37,822 bases of DNA from Deferribacterales bacterium (lineage in GTDB: Bacteria; Chrysiogenota; Deferribacteres; Deferribacterales; Geovibrionaceae), in NCBI GenBank assembly GCA_050251945.1, contig JBFWLW010000019.1, positions 1 to 37,822 on the forward strand. Direction: 5' to 3'. Positions 37,705 through 37,822 of this stretch are shown here, piece by piece (position 1 is the first letter of the stretch; each line of letters opens with the position of its first letter). Below the pieces are notes generated by a model. The model saw only the letters and a list, made by a program, of their open reading frames with translations, was not told where the DNA came from and made no database searches. Both the position numbers and the translations under genes were made by a program.

Positions 37705-37822
37705 AGCATATCACGAAATAATTAACGTATATTATGATTTGTTCGATATATTATGAATGAAACATGCAAGCAAAGATACCCGACAGCGAGCCTTGGCTGC
37801 ATATGAACAAGGTGGTAGAACA
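37702..37822 (+). mobile_element. Left end of IS630-family insertion sequence (left IR plus transposase N-terminus, truncated by the window)
   Basis: TAGAGCATATCACGAAAT IR. The ORF from ATG 37757 reads MKHASKDTRQRALAAYEQGGRT, resembling the S.D.R.R.LA HTH start of IS630 transposases. Confidence 0.88.

Overview
Bacterial chromosomal segment of roughly 50% GC in coding regions. Gene content and style tentatively suggest an anaerobe of the Deferribacterota type (inference only). The window starts with the right end of an IS630-family element and ends with the left end of a second copy in the same orientation, so it is probably a contig broken at IS copies. In order it holds: a four-gene two-component/c-di-GMP operon (REC-GAF-PAS-histidine kinase, REC-HDOD, REC-degenerate HD, REC-GGDEF); ankyrin, 3-methyladenine DNA glycosylase and Sel1 genes; an MsbA-like ABC exporter; lysA-dapF-dapA-dapB; an alpha/beta hydrolase; a TPR-glycosyltransferase; two large lipoproteins, one with five Ig-like repeats and two DUF1566 domains; a degenerate HD-GYP-like protein; DUF389; a transglutaminase-like protein; an operon of TPR membrane protein, FapA/DUF342, Wzx and RseC; and ilvD, ilvB, ilvN, ilvC. 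The most interesting signals are non-coding. About 12 CGTC-type REP palindromes are present. Both IS630 ends sit at the CTAG of a long REP variant, and an empty copy of that variant lies at 33761-33839. A 171-bp MITE with IS630-like ends encloses a REP doublet. There is also a candidate hairpin-rich sRNA, structured leaders before ilvD and ilvB, and a possible DGR target gene without a local RT or template repeat.
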